A stretch of 64,000 bases of DNA from Eledone cirrhosa (GCA_964016885.1 OZ024756.1:3844001-3908000); one strand, 5' to 3'. Positions 12,496 through 28,275 are shown, counted from the stretch's first letter. A program made the numbers and translations. Notes: generated from the letters alone by a model not told the origin.

Positions 12496-12569
12496 GTCTC
12501 CTGCGAGGAATTGAACCTCGTATCTCCATGACACTGGCTAGGGGCCTTGAACCATTAGACCAAGGGACC
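12496..12569 (-). pseudogene. Degenerate tRNA-like sequence or SINE head
   Basis: A-box tggtctaatgg and B-box ggttcaattcc at tRNA spacing. Confidence 0.5.
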
Positions 12570-13919
12570 ATGGAACTTTTAATTTAGATAGCTGAATCAC
12601 AGCTTTTAAATGTTAACATCGTGTATATATAAAGTTGTAGTAGCATTGTTTGACTGCTATTTCTAGCAGGTTGAGCATCCATAAACTGGGGATTGTTGTT
12701 GGTATAGCTTGATAATAGAGGTTGTTGTTGTTTCTGTTTAACCCCAGACTAGCCCTGTTCGATTAGACATGATCCAACGTTTTCCAGCTGTGACCACCAC
12801 GTCTTTGTAAGGGCAGTTAATGTCAACATCGCTGTAAAGGGACATAACCGAGACGAAAACAAATTGATATATAACTGTGTGATTTTCCACTTTGGTTATT
12901 TTTTCGAGAAATACAAGTCAAATCTAACCACGGTCTTGACAATGTAACACCAATGAATCACTGGTATCACCCGAATATTTCTATACGTTAAATTAAACAA
13001 CTTGTCGATTTGGCTATAAACTCGGAGACTGCCATCTGTAAAGAAAAGGAGCGGAAAGTACCCAAAACCGGAAATTTTACCGACCGTTTCTTTTCTGTGC
13101 CGGACGCCGTCGAAATATCCGATGTTCTCGGGCTCTGGACAGCCATTTTGCTTTTTCCACCAAACCTGGAGAAGTAAATCCTGCTTGAGGAAGGAACCAC
13201 ATCAAGTGGAATGGCTGATTCTGCGGATGTCTTTGTCTGTTCTCTGCGGCACTGCTACCCTCAACTTATCCGCCGGGTACAGCTGAAATATATCACTTAA
13301 CCAGGAGTCTAGAGTCTTCACTCTTCTCATTTTTTTATTCATTTTTTTTTGTCTCTATTCGTCTATTATTTTTATCCGTAAAAAAAAAAAAAACTTCTGT
13401 TGAACATCAAATTCATTTACCTCTCTCTTAACATTATATCTGATCAACAAAATGGCAAGTTCTGCCAGAGGCCTGCTAAAAGAGTACTTACAGTATTAAT
13501 TCAAAATACATCTGTACCATTGCCTCAAGGCTTTGCAATAGGGTTAAGTGTCTAACATCTCAGTTGAAGAGACTAACTATGACACGACGACGGCGCCATT
13601 TTACTAGATATATAAACAGAACTTGTACAAGAAAAAGTGAATGAAGAATATTGTAGACATTTCGGCAATAAAAGAATTTCTGTAGAATTTGAAATGTCAA
13701 AAATACCACATATGATACGAAGAGAAAAGCATCGAAACCTTCAACCATATTCTAAGAGAGAGGAATGTGTGATTTTGAAAGGTAGTATAATTCTTTCGAG
13801 GTATTACCTCAAAGCAGTAAATACATGATCTCAGGTCTAAATATCTTTGTAGGTATGGATGTACGTCCGTATGTATGTATGGATGTACGTCTGTATGTAT
13901 GTACGTACGTCTGTATGTA

Positions 13920-14514
13920 GGTGCTACTGGTAACATGTATCCCAGTACAACATGTCTCATGGTCGGGTCGTTGGCGACTAAACTGGCAACCCCACCAAGG
14001 TTTCTTGGTGAGGAGGGTGACTTTGGATATCCTGCAGGACTAAAAACAAAACCTGTCAAAGGGCAAAGGAACTCTTAAGAGTCAATGGCCATCCCAAATC
14101 ACCGGGAGTGATGACCTCTTAGCCTTTGTCAAGGCAGAATTCTAGGAGAAGGAAAACTCTGATATAACACCTGCAACCCTGATGGTATCCAATGATGTTG
14201 ACTTGTTCTTCTTGTTGGTAAATATCATCTTGGTTAAGAGAGTGGGACTGGCTTTGTGCAGTGCCTTTGCTCATTATAAAAGCTTCACGGCACAGGCATT
14301 GCTTTGTATCTGGAGATCTCTCTGCACTTGTCGTCACATGGTATCATGGGCCCAGCACTATGTGTCAATATTTGTCATAAGTGTAGTGTTTGTACCAGAG
14401 CTTTCAAGTCGCTGGCTGGACTAAAAAGTCACACTCGTTCAGCGCATCGGTAGGGGTTCTCCTACATGGATATAGAGTAGTGGCCGTTCTCGAAAACGAG
14501 TTGGCAGCCAACAT
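13920..14514 (+). mobile_element. Non-autonomous bipartite RTE derivative
   Basis: RTE 5'UTR-like tctaggagaaggaaaactctga fused to 3' C2H2 remnant CSVCTRAFKSLAGLKSHTRSAHR* (from 14382); (TATG)n flanks. Confidence 0.7.
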
Positions 14515-14562
14515 GTAGGTAATTATGTAGGTAGGTAGGTGGGTATGCATGTATGTATGGGA

Positions 14563-14842
14563 GTGAAGATTCCCTAGCCTCTGTCAAGGCATTCTTCCAG
14601 CGGAAGGCAACTGGGATAACTCCGACATAAAACCTGCGGCTCAGTAGTTACCGATGATGTTGATCTTTACTTCTTTTCGGGTTATAGCTACTGTCGCTCA
14701 GAGAGTGGGATTGGCTCAGTGCACAGTCTTTCCTCTCTTTAAAAAATATCTTCACGCTCAGGCATTGCATGATAGCATTAATTGATAATTATTAATAATG
14801 TTATATCGTGCCATACTCGATAACGAGGGAACAGCCATCATG
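14563..14842 (+). mobile_element. Diverged shorter relative of the bipartite RTE derivative
   Basis: tagcctctgtcaaggc...gagagtgggattggctc...gccatcatg followed by (TATG)n. Confidence 0.6.
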
Positions 14843-15324
14843 TATGTATGTATGTATGTATGTATGTATGTATGTATGTATGTTCTTCTGGTTTTATTAT
14901 AATGTTCACCAATAAACAAAGAGCCGGTTTCTAATAAACACAAGACTTTCATTGGAATTTAGACATCAATATGTATGTGTGTGTGTATGTGTGTGTGTGT
15001 GCGTGTGTCTGTGTGTTCCGGTATGGATGTTATTGTATGTGTGGATCTGTATGCTTTGAGTTATATGTTCGTCCGTATATACGTCCATACGTACCTATGT
15101 TTACAAGTATGCATGTATATATGTATGACCGAACGGACGTACGTATGTATATTTATATATGTAAAGATAGCAGTAAAAAGGTCCAGAGTGGATGAGGCGG
15201 CGTTAAAAGATCCTCACTGTAATATGATTCAGAAGACATTGGGAGATATTAAATTTATATTGGAAGATATTGACAGATATCATATCGAAATAATCTAAAT
15301 CGGGCATGAACTAGCTATTTCAAT

Positions 15325-16975
15325 CAGTGGGCCGCTTGGGATATAGATAATTCATATGGTGGGCCGATTAAGGTGTCGCTCATCATAAGTTGGGCCACAT
15401 GACATGTCCCATCATATGGTGGGCCGATTGAGATGTAGCTCATCATTACGTAGGCTACATAAGATATAGTCCATCATATGGTGGGCCACTGGAGATATAG
15501 CACATCGTATGATGGGCCGCTTGAGATATAGCACATCATATGGTGGGCCGCTTGAGATACAGCACATCATATGGTAGGCCGCTTGAGATATAGCACATCA
15601 TATGGTGGGCCGCTTGAGATATAGCACATCATATGGTAGGCCGCTTGAGATATAGCACATCATATGGTGGGCCGCTTGAGATATAGCACATCATATGGTG
15701 GGCCGCTTGAGATACAGCACATCATATGGTGGGCCACTGGAGATACAGCACATCATATGGTGGGCCACTGGAGATACAGCACATCGTATGGTGGGCCGCT
15801 TGAGATATAGCACATCATATGGTGGGCCGCTTGAGATATAGCACATCATATGGTGGGCCACTGGAGATATAGCACATCATATGGTGGGCCGCTTGAGATA
15901 TAGCACATCATATGGTAGGCCGCTTGAGATATAGCACATCATATGGTAGGCCGCTTGAGATATAGCACATCATATGGTGGGCCGCTTGAGATACAGCACA
16001 TCATATGGTGGGCCGCTTGAGATACAGCACATCGTATGGTGGGCCGCTTGAGATATAGCACATCATATGGTGGGCCACTGGAGATACAGCACATCATATG
16101 ATGGGCCACTGGAGGTACAGCACATCATATGGTGGGCCGCTTGAGATATAGCACATCATATGGTGGGCCGCATGACGTAGCTCATCATTTGGTTGGCCAC
16201 ATAAGATACAGCCCATCATTTGGTTGGCTACATAAGATACAGCTCATCATTTGGTTGGCTACATAAGATACAGCTCATCATTTGGTTGGCCACATAAGAT
16301 ACAGCTCATCATTTGGTTGGCTACATAAGATACAACTCATCATTTGGTTGGCTAAATAAGATACAGCTCATCATTTGGTTGGCTAAATAAGATACAGCTC
16401 ATCATTTGGTTGGCTACATAAGATACAACTCATCATTTGGTTGGCTACATAAGATACAGCACATCATTTGGTTGGCTACATAAGATACAGCACATCATTT
16501 GGTTGGCTACATAAGATACAGCTCATCATTTGGTTGGCTAAATAAGATACAGCTCATCATTTGGTTGGCTACATAAGATACAACTCATCATTTGGTTGGC
16601 TACATAAGATACAGCACATCATTTGGTTGGCTACATAAGATACAACTCATCATTTGGTTGGCTACATAAGATACAGCTCATCATTTGGTTGGCTACATAA
16701 GATACAACTCATCATTTGGTTGGCTACATAAGATACAGCACATCATTTGGTTGGCTACATAGGATACAGCTCATCATTTGGTTGGCTACATAAGATACAG
16801 CACATCATTTGGTTGGCTACATAAGATACAACTCATCATTTGGTTGGCTACATAAGATACAGCTCATCATTTGGTTGGCTACATAAGATACAACTCATCA
16901 TTTGGTTGGCCACATAAGATACAGCTCATCATTTGGTTGGCTACATAAGATAGAGCTCATCATTTGGTTGGCCTC
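15325..16975. repeat. 31-bp minisatellite with two variant domains
   Basis: gcacatcatatggtgggccgcttgagatata to about 16170, then gctcatcatttggttggctacataagataca. Confidence 0.95.
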
Positions 16976-17250
16976 ACTAATAAACAAAACCACATGGTAT
17001 GTTTTCACAGTTTGCCCATAACTGATCAAATAACGGCGATATAGATTACCGTAAATAACAAAACAGATCAGCGTTGTTATCAAATATATATTTTAGAATA
17101 AAAACCATAAATTAGAATAAGATTAAAATAAGAAAAATTAATCTAAACAAAATTAAAAAAATCCTCGATAAGGAGAGATATCTAAAAGGATATGTAATGT
17201 ATGTATGTACGTATGTATGTACGTATGTATGTACGTATGTATGTATGTAT

Positions 17251-17627
17251 CCGGGAGAGATGACCCCTTAGCCTTTGTCAAGGCAGAATTCTAGGAGAAG
17301 GAAAACTCTAATATAACACCTGCAACTCTGATGGTATCCAATGATGTTGACATGTTCTTCTTTTTGGTAAATATCATCTTGGTTAAGAGAGTGGGACTGG
17401 CTTTGTGCAGGGCCTTTGCTCAGTATAAAAGCTTCACGGCACAGGCATTGTTTTATATCTGGAGATCTCTCTGCACTTGTCGTCACATGGTACTATGGGC
17501 CCAGCACTATGTGTCAATAATTGTCACAGGTGTAGTGTTTGTACCAGAGTTTTCATGTCGCAGGCTGGACTAAAAAGTCACACTCGTTCAGCGCATCGGT
17601 AGGGTTTCTCCTACATGGATATAAATA
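17251..17627 (+). mobile_element. Bipartite RTE derivative, truncated copy
   Basis: Near-identical to about 14102-14478. Confidence 0.75.
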
Positions 17628-17853
17628 GTTATCTACGTTAACTGCCGATTGTATTTTAATCTTGCATTGATGTTGTATTTTAATTTTAATTTTGCTTTGA
17701 TTCTGTTTTAATGTGATTCTGATTTTGAATTTAAATTGCCATTCAGAAATAATATAATATATGTCACCCCACTGTACATCAATGTATACATATGTATATG
17801 TATGTCTCTTGCGTTGGAAAGGAGGTCATGTAAGTGTAAAAACATTGAAAAAT

Positions 17854-17899
17854 GCTCCGAAGAATTCCAAGCCTAGGTTTGGATGAAACAATTGTAAGC
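17854..17899 (+). ncRNA. Minimal hammerhead with U4C change, in PLE-like remnant 17627-18050
   Basis: gct-CCGAAGA-tccaagcc/ggtttgga-GAA-ACAATTGT-A-agc, AATAAA at 17901, tail stem-loop 17949-17982. Confidence 0.65.
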
Positions 17900-18100
17900 G
17901 AATAAATTGTTAGAACATAGCTTTGATTCCTGTGAATTCTATATAACTGCTCTGTAGAAGAACTGATGTTATTACATTGAGCTATTTATCTTACTGGTAA
18001 TAAGGTAGTAATAAATTACTGTCTTTCACTATTTAGGGTTTAAAATATATATAACTATAAAAAGTTTTAGTATATACATAACCATAAATAGTATCCTTAA

Positions 18101-18141
<41 letters not shown>

Positions 18142-18611
18142 AATATATGTATGTATATATAAGTGTATATATGTATATATGCCTGAAATTCCGTGTGTGG
18201 TATAAGTAACTGTGTTTAATTATAAGATTATATCAATATGCCTATATGCAATTTTAGAAATAATATAATTAAAATAATAAATAATAGAGATAAAATATTG
18301 TTGACATGTGAATATCAGATCGGTTGATATGTGACTTATTCAATGCTAACAAAGTAGAATAGTTATCATATATTGTATGGTAACATGTAGATTCTGAAGC
18401 CCTGAAGGTCATGGAAAACACAACATGTTAGATATATCTATAATCAAAGAACTCCATAGAAATATAAACATAGCAGAACTATTGTGTTAAGTTACAAGTC
18501 AAAATATTATATCTAAATTTAAGAATATAAACAAACTGATAGTGTTAAATATGCAAACATTTCTCTCTCTCTTTTTCTCTCTTTCTCTCTTTCTCTCTTT
18601 CTCTCTTTCTC

Positions 18612-18644
<33 letters not shown>

Positions 18645-18659
18645 TGTGTGTGTATGTTT

Positions 18660-18860
18660 ATGAATACAGTACATATATGCATCTATATGTATATATATAT
18701 GCATGTTTGTCTATATATAATGTATATATGTATGTATATATATATATGTATGTATATATATATATGTATGTATATATATATATGTATGTATATATATATA
18801 TGTATGTATGTATATATATATATGCATGTCTATATATATGTATATATATGAATGTGTCTA

Positions 18861-18907
<47 letters not shown>

Positions 18908-19123
18908 GAATGTATGGCTATATATATATATGAATGTATGGCTATATATATATATGAATGTATGGCTATATATATATATATGTATATACATGCATTTATA
19001 TATATATGTATGTCTATATATATATATATATATGTATATACATGCATTTATATATATATGTATGTCTATATATATATATATATATGTATTTATATATATG
19101 CATGTTTATATATATATATGCAT

Positions 19124-19171
<48 letters not shown>

Positions 19172-20270
19172 GCATTTATATATATATGTATATGTATATT
19201 TATATATATATATATATATGTATGTTTATATATATATATGTATGTTTATATATATATATATATATGTATATGTATATGCATTTATATATATATGTATATG
19301 TATATTTATATATATATATATATGTATGTTTATATATATATATGTATGTTTATATATATATATATATATGTATATATATGCATTTATATATATATGTATG
19401 TTTATATATATATATATATGTATATATATGCATTTATATATATATATATATGTATTTCTATATATATGCATTTATATATATATATATGTATTTCTATATA
19501 TATGCATATATATATGTATATATATGCATATATATATGTATATATATGCATATATATATGTATATATATGCATTTATATATATATGTATTTCTATATATA
19601 TGCATATATATATGTATGTCTATAAATATGTATATAAATATATATATATGTATTTCTATATATATGCATATATATATGTATGTCTATAAATATGTATATA
19701 AATATATATATATGTATGTCTATATATATGTATAAATATAAGTATCTCTATATATATGGCTCTCTCTCTATATATATATATGTATGTATGTCTATAGATA
19801 TGTATATATATATATATATACGTATGTCTATAGATATGTATATATATATACGTATGTCTATGTATATATATATGTATATATATATGTCTATGTATATATA
19901 TATGTATATATATATGTCTATGTATATATATATGTATATATATATGTCTATGTATATATATGTATATATATGTATGTATGTCTATATATATGTATATATA
20001 TGTATGTATGTCTATATATATGTATATATATGTATGTATGTCTATATATATGTATGTCTATATATATATGTATATATATGTATGTATGTCTATATATATG
20101 TATATATATGTATGTATGTCTATATATATGTATGTCTATATATATATGTATATATATGTATGTATGTCTATATATATATGTATATATATGTATGTATGTC
20201 TATATATATATGTATATATATGTATGTATGTCTATATATATGTATATATATGTATGTATGTCTATATATA
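18660..20270. repeat. Compound (TA)n/TATG/TGTC microsatellite array
   Basis: Read directly. Confidence 0.95.
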
Positions 20271-20338
20271 TGACAGTCAAGTTTGCAATTTTCAAATAGA
20301 CAGTTGAAAATTGCAAACTTGACTGTCACCACACATTA

Positions 20339-20377
20339 TGAACCTGAAGATTGCGAAAGCATGAAAGTACTTGTTCA
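20339..20377 (+). ncRNA. Minimal type I hammerhead ribozyme
   Basis: tgaac-CTGAAGA-t-tgc-gaaa-gca-t-GAA-AGTACT-T-gttca; preceded by a 25-bp-arm hairpin at 20271-20328. Confidence 0.8.
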
Positions 20378-20642
20378 ATTAACACTTAACATTTAACATT
20401 CTACCATATTATTTCATTATAATACCATTATAAATTTTAAAGGATTGTAAATAAAACGAGTAAATCAGACAAAGTTGGAATTCCTCTTATTAATATATAT
20501 ATATATATATATATATATGGATGTCTCTCTCTCTATATATATATATATAACGAAGGAAATGTGGTAAGGAACCAGGTGGACCATAACGCACCAAAGTACT
20601 CAATACTTGAGGTAGTAGAGTGGGTAATAGGAACCAGTAAGA

Positions 20643-20734
20643 CCCCGACAGCTGAGCTCAAGCCGTTTCGACGGCTAATTCTGGACTAAATGAAAATTAA
20701 TCCTGGTATTTAAATAGCCGATCTTCTCAAGGGG
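20643..20734 (-). ncRNA. Type I hammerhead, U3-A8 core variant
   Basis: cccc-TTGAGAA-ga(t)cggcta...tagccgtc-GAA-acggct-tgagctc-agctGTC-gggg. Confidence 0.75.
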
Positions 20735-21872
20735 TAATTCCATATATGGTCAAAGTGATTGTCAAAAATCAGTAGTAATTCTGTGGTTGCAAATTAGTAG
20801 GGGAGATGGTGGCTAAACCTGCCAGTAGGAGAAAGAGGGGAGGGGGTGGAGTAGCCCCAATCAAGCGTTTGTAGTGCCAGCTACAGCTGGGCATGAGGTC
20901 AAAGAAGATACAGGGGAGGGGAGGGGGAGGAAGTCGGAACGGTAGGTAGAACAATAGGGGTAGAAATATATAGGAAAGAAAAAATACTGAGAGTGAAGAA
21001 AAGCAAATAAGTGTAAAGAAAAACAAATGAGTGTAAAGAAAAAAGTAAAGTAAATTAAATTCTACGACCTAGGTCTCTGGCTATTGTTAGTCTAGAATAA
21101 ATAAATAAATAAAGAAAGAAAGAAGTAAAGAAAGAAATAAAGAAATAACGAAATAAGTAAAAGAACTAGGTGGGACGTAATAGGCGAGGACCCTTTTAAG
21201 AGGTATAAGTACGTAAATGATACGGTGACGGGTCAACAAAAGGGGCTACCATACTAAAGAGACTACCACGAAATAAACAATAAAGGTTTCCATCCCGGGC
21301 GCAATTCCAGCAACCACCCAGTGCAGCAAAGTGAACTAATACGAGATAATAATTCTGAGTCCCGAGAAAAATATATACTAATGCTAACTCTAAAAGATCT
21401 AGAACAAGCTACATGAAAGTTCGTACGAAGTAAAGGTAGAATACGGAAGAATAAATTCAGAATCCACCCCGCCCAAAAGAAAAGCGAAGAAAGAAATACT
21501 GAAACGAAAAAATAAGGCATAAGTGCCACTGAGAAATATAGAGGGCACAGAGAATAGTGGGAGCGGTCGGAAAAAGGGGACAAGTATCCGGGGTCTAAAC
21601 CAACTGCTATAAAGGGCGCAGTCCGCCAAATCTATCCTAGACTAGGGGAGGGGGTGGGGGTACTAAGGCTACAAGGGGCCAAAGGGCAGCTTCGGGTGGG
21701 CGAGAAAAGACGCCGACAAAGGAGAAGAGCTGGGGTAGAAGGACTAAGGAGAGAGGGGGGAAGGAAGGAAATAAAGGAAGCGATAAAAGAATATTAAGAA
21801 GATCTTACGTCTCCCTTGGCAAGCAGGGGTTACCCATTGCAAAATCGGCAAGTGGGGTGTTATAGCCCTAGT

Positions 21873-21968
21873 CTACCCCCCCGGGTCATTATGGGGTTTG
21901 AGGGCGAGGTAAGTCCTACGCAATCTATGTTTACATGCAGTAACCAGTTCATCTTTCTTGTTTAGGAG
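21873..21968 (-). pseudogene. C-terminal remnant of a PLE ORF (end of the endonuclease region)
   Basis: LLNKKDELVTACKHRLRRTYLALKPHNDPGG*; resembles the LLNKRxELxxxCRH end of C-terminal GIY-YIG PLE proteins (recalled, not searched). Confidence 0.7.
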
Positions 21969-22301
21969 TTGGACCTAGGTCGTAGAATTTAATTTACTTT
22001 ACTTTTTTCTTTACACTCATTTGTTTTTCTTTACACTTATTTGCTTTTCTTCACTCTCAGTATTTTTTCTTTCCTATATATTTCTACCCCTATTGTTCTA
22101 CCTACCGTTCCGACTTCCTCCCCTGTATCTTCTTTGACCTCATGCCCAGCTGTAGCTGGCACTACAAACGCTTGATTGGGGCTCATCCACCCCCTCCCCT
22201 CATTCTCCTACTGGCAGGTTTAGCCACCATCTCCCCTACTAATTTGCAACCACAGAATTACTACTGATTTTTGACAATCACTTTGACCATATATGGAATT
22301 A

Positions 22302-22393
22302 CCCCTTGAGAAGATCGGCTATTTAAATACCAGGATTAATTTTCATTTAGTCCAGAATTAGCCGTCGAAACGGCTTGAGCTCGGCTGTCGGAG
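22302..22393 (+). ncRNA. Type I hammerhead, U3-A8 variant (inverted arm copy)
   Basis: Mirror of 20643-20734 with one stem I mismatch. Confidence 0.7.
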
Positions 22394-22724
22394 TCTTACT
22401 GGTTCCTATATATATATATATGTATGTCTATGTATATATATTTATATATATATATATATATGTATGTCTATGTATATATATATATATATATGTATGTCTA
22501 TGTATATATATTTATATATATGTATATATATTTATGTATATGTATATATATGTATGTCTATATATATGTATATATATATTTTGAGTTTATGTTGGTTGTA
22601 TACCAACACTTCAGTATGCAGGCTGGAGCACTCGACGAAGTGGCCAGGTTGGTTTGGTTACTCCGGAGTAGTGTAAAATAAGGTTAAATAAAAGTCAAAT
22701 GATTAAAATTTAGCTTCGTTTATT

Positions 22725-22779
22725 ACTGCTATATATATTTCAGTGACAGCCATCTTTGGCTGTGACCTCTTCAGGCAGT
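22725..22779 (-). ncRNA. Minimal type I hammerhead ribozyme in PLE-like remnant 22580-22862
   Basis: actgc-CTGAAGA-ggtcacagcca/tggctgtcact-GAA-ATATATAT-A-gcagt-AATAAA. Confidence 0.85.
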
Positions 22780-22860
22780 TTGAATTAGTATGGTATAGAC
22801 AAGTACATATGTTGTTTAGGTGTATAATATTGTCAATACTCTGATATGACCAGTTCCTTG

Positions 22861-24100
<1,240 letters not shown>

Positions 24101-24829
24101 GACAGCAACATAAGCTGGGCCACGCATATAAGCAGTAACGTTGACATGGCCCGCAGAATGTGTTCCTGGATCCTCAGAACCTTCCAGTCGAGAGATTCCC
24201 ACACTATTATCCTTCTCTTCTCCACTTTTGCCCGACCACACCTTGAATACTGTTGTCCACTGTGGTCTCCCCACACGAAACAAAGTATCATGAAACTTGA
24301 AGCTCCCCAAAGGGCAATCACGAAAAAGATAGATGGCATGTCAGGCCTTGACTACTGGGGTCGATTAGAAAAGCTGAAACTCCAACATCGTCGTGAGCGT
24401 TATATTATCTGCATGATGTGGAAAATGTTTCATCAGCACTGCCCAAATGATGTTGGCATCACCTTCAAGATACACCCAAGGCTTGGGCCCCGTGCTATCC
24501 GTCCCATTCAAAAATCTAAATCGCAACTCATAACAACAATACGGCACAATTATTTCACCTCATACGGCCCTGCTCTCTTCAACATCACACCAGGACACGT
24601 CAAAACAGAAACTGACCACACAAAATTCAAGAAGACTTTGGACAAATTCCTCCAAGTAATCCCGGACAAACCACCCACACCCGGATATGTCTCCGCAAAC
24701 AGTAATTCTCTTCTCGAATGGGCCATGGTGCCCAAATCCTGAATTGAAAGACTTCGCCAGGTGGTGCTATTAAGTTAGACATGGCCTGGGACAATACTGG
24801 CCAAAACATTTCAAAGTTATTCAAAGTTA
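24101..24829 (+). mobile_element. 5'-truncated CR1-group LINE (3' end)
   Basis: [13 protein letters not shown]...RRERYIIC...; stop at 24740-24742; (TTCAAAGTTA)2 tail; near-identical to 32923-33660. Confidence 0.9.
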
Positions 24830-25259
24830 TATATGTATGTATGTCTATATATATATGTATATATATGTATGTATGTCTATATATGTCTATATATATATAT
24901 GTATGTCTATATATATGTATATATATATATGTATGTATATGTATATATGTATGTCTATATATATGTATATATATATATGTCTATATATATGTATATATAT
25001 ATATGTATGTATGTCTATATATATGTATGTCTATATATATGTATGTCTATATATATGTATGTATGTCTATATATATGTATGTCTATATATATGTATATAT
25101 TTATATATCTGTATATATTTATATATATGTATATATATGTTATATATATATTATATGTATATATATGTATATATGTATATATGTATATATGTATATGTAT
25201 ATATGTATATATGTATATATGTATATATATATATGTATATATATATATATGTATATATA

Positions 25260-25295
<36 letters not shown>

Positions 25296-25297
25296 TG

Positions 25298-25358
<61 letters not shown>

Positions 25359-25479
25359 TATGTATATATGTATATATATATATATGTATATATATATGTA
25401 TATATATATGTATATATATATATATGTATGTATATATATATGTATATATATATGTATATATATATATATATATTATATG

Positions 25480-25510
<31 letters not shown>

Positions 25511-25682
25511 GTATATATATATGTATATATATATGTATATATATATATATGTATATATATATGTATATATATATATATATGTATATATATATGTATATAT
25601 ATATGTATATATATATATGTATATATATGTATATATATATGTATAATATGTATATATGTATATATATATATATGTATATATG

Positions 25683-25729
<47 letters not shown>

Positions 25730-25926
25730 ATATATATATGTAATATATATATATATTATATATATGTTTATATACTATATAGTGTATATATATATATGTA
25801 TATATATATATATGTATATATGTATATATTATATATATATTTATATTATTTATATATATATAAGTATATATATATATATGTATATATGTATATATTATAA
25901 TATGTATATATATATATATATATGTT

Positions 25927-25979
<53 letters not shown>

Positions 25980-26029
25980 GTATATTATATAATATATATA
26001 TATGTTTATATATATATATGTATATATAG

Positions 26030-26060
<31 letters not shown>

Positions 26061-26069
26061 GTATATATG

Positions 26070-26101
<32 letters not shown>

Positions 26102-26382
26102 GTTTATATATATATATGTATATATATGTATATATTATATATGTATATATATATATATATGTATATATGTTATATATATATATATAATATATATATATAT
26201 ATATGTTTATATATATATATTTATATATATATATGTTTTATATATATATGTATATATATATATATGTATATATATTATATATTATGTATATATATATATT
26301 GTATATTTTAATATATATGATATATATATTGTTTATGTATAATTTATAATTATTATATATTATGTATATATTATATATATAT

Positions 26383-26431
<49 letters not shown>

Positions 26432-26654
26432 GTATATAGTATGTATGATATATATATATATAATATTATATTATAGTATATATATGTATAATATATATGT
26501 ATATATATTTATTATATGTATAATGTATATGTATATATTATATATATATATATATGTATATAATATATAATGTATATATATGTATATATATATATATATA
26601 GATGTATATATATGTAATATATATATATATATAATTATATGTATATATAGTATA

Positions 26655-26704
<50 letters not shown>

Positions 26705-26951
26705 TATGATAAGTATATATATGTATATATATTGTATATAAAATTATATAATATAATTATATATATGTATATATAGTAATATATATATCTATATATAGTA
26801 TAATATATATGTATATATATATATGTATATATATGTATATATGATGTATATACTATATATGTATATATATATTATATATATATGTATATATATATATATT
26901 ATATTTATATATATGTATATATATTATATAGTATATATGTATATATATTAG

Positions 26952-27039
<88 letters not shown>

Positions 27040-27113
27040 TTATATATATGTATATATAATAATAGTATTATATATATATGTATATATATAAGTATATATA
27101 TATAATATATAGT

Positions 27114-27146
<33 letters not shown>

Positions 27147-27411
27147 GTATATATATGTATATATATATATGTTATATATATGATATATATATATGTATAT
27201 ATATATGTATATATATATAAGTATATATATGTATATATATATGTATATATATGTATATATATATGTATAATATATGTATATATATATATGTATCATATAT
27301 ATGTATTATATATATGTATGTATATATATATGTATGTATATATATGGTATATATACTATGTAATATGTATGTATACATATATGTATATATATATGTATGT
27401 ATATATATATG

Positions 27412-27451
<40 letters not shown>

Positions 27452-27453
27452 TG

Positions 27454-27493
<40 letters not shown>

Positions 27494-27498
27494 TGTAT

Positions 27499-27539
<41 letters not shown>

Positions 27540-27633
27540 TGTATATATATATATATGTATATATATATATGTATGTATATATATATGTATATATATATAT
27601 ATGTATATATATATATGTATGTATATATATATG

Positions 27634-27664
<31 letters not shown>

Positions 27665-27681
27665 GTATATATATATGTATG

Positions 27682-27747
<66 letters not shown>

Positions 27748-27759
27748 TGTATATATATG

Positions 27760-27806
<47 letters not shown>

Positions 27807-27867
27807 GTATATATGTATATATATGTATATATGTATATATATGTATATATATATATATGTATATATG

Positions 27868-27903
<36 letters not shown>

Positions 27904-28275
27904 TGTATATATATGTATATATGTATATATATGTATATATATATGTATATATGTATATATATGTATATATATATGTATATATATGTATATATATATATAT
28001 ATATGTAATGTATGTATATATGTATATATATATATGTAATGTATGTATATATGTATATATATGTAATGTATGTATATATATATATGTAATGTATGTATAT
28101 ATGTATATATATATATGTATGTCTATGTATATATGTATATATATATATGTATGTCTATGTATATATGTATATATATATATGTATGTCTATGTATATATGT
28201 ATATATATATATGTATGTCTATGTATATATATATGTATATATGGATGTATGTCTATATATATGTATATATATGTA
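24830..28275. repeat. About 3.4-kb (TA)n/(TATATG)n array
   Basis: Read directly. Confidence 0.95.

Larger units (their letters stand above)
20550..22408 (-). mobile_element. 5'-truncated Penelope-like element with inverted partial pseudo-LTR
   Basis: Arms 20628-21075 and 21972-22408 are reverse complements; ORF remnant at 21873-21968; hammerhead in each arm; about 80-nt tail; (TA)n on both sides. Confidence 0.85.

Noticed and set aside
15325-16975. CRISPR-like regular 31-bp repeats
   Set aside because: Units are contiguous with no unique spacers, no cas genes, and the context is eukaryotic
17949-17982. SECIS or kink-turn interpretation of the conserved stem-loop
   Set aside because: No AUGA/GA quartet or tandem G-A pairs across the aligned copies
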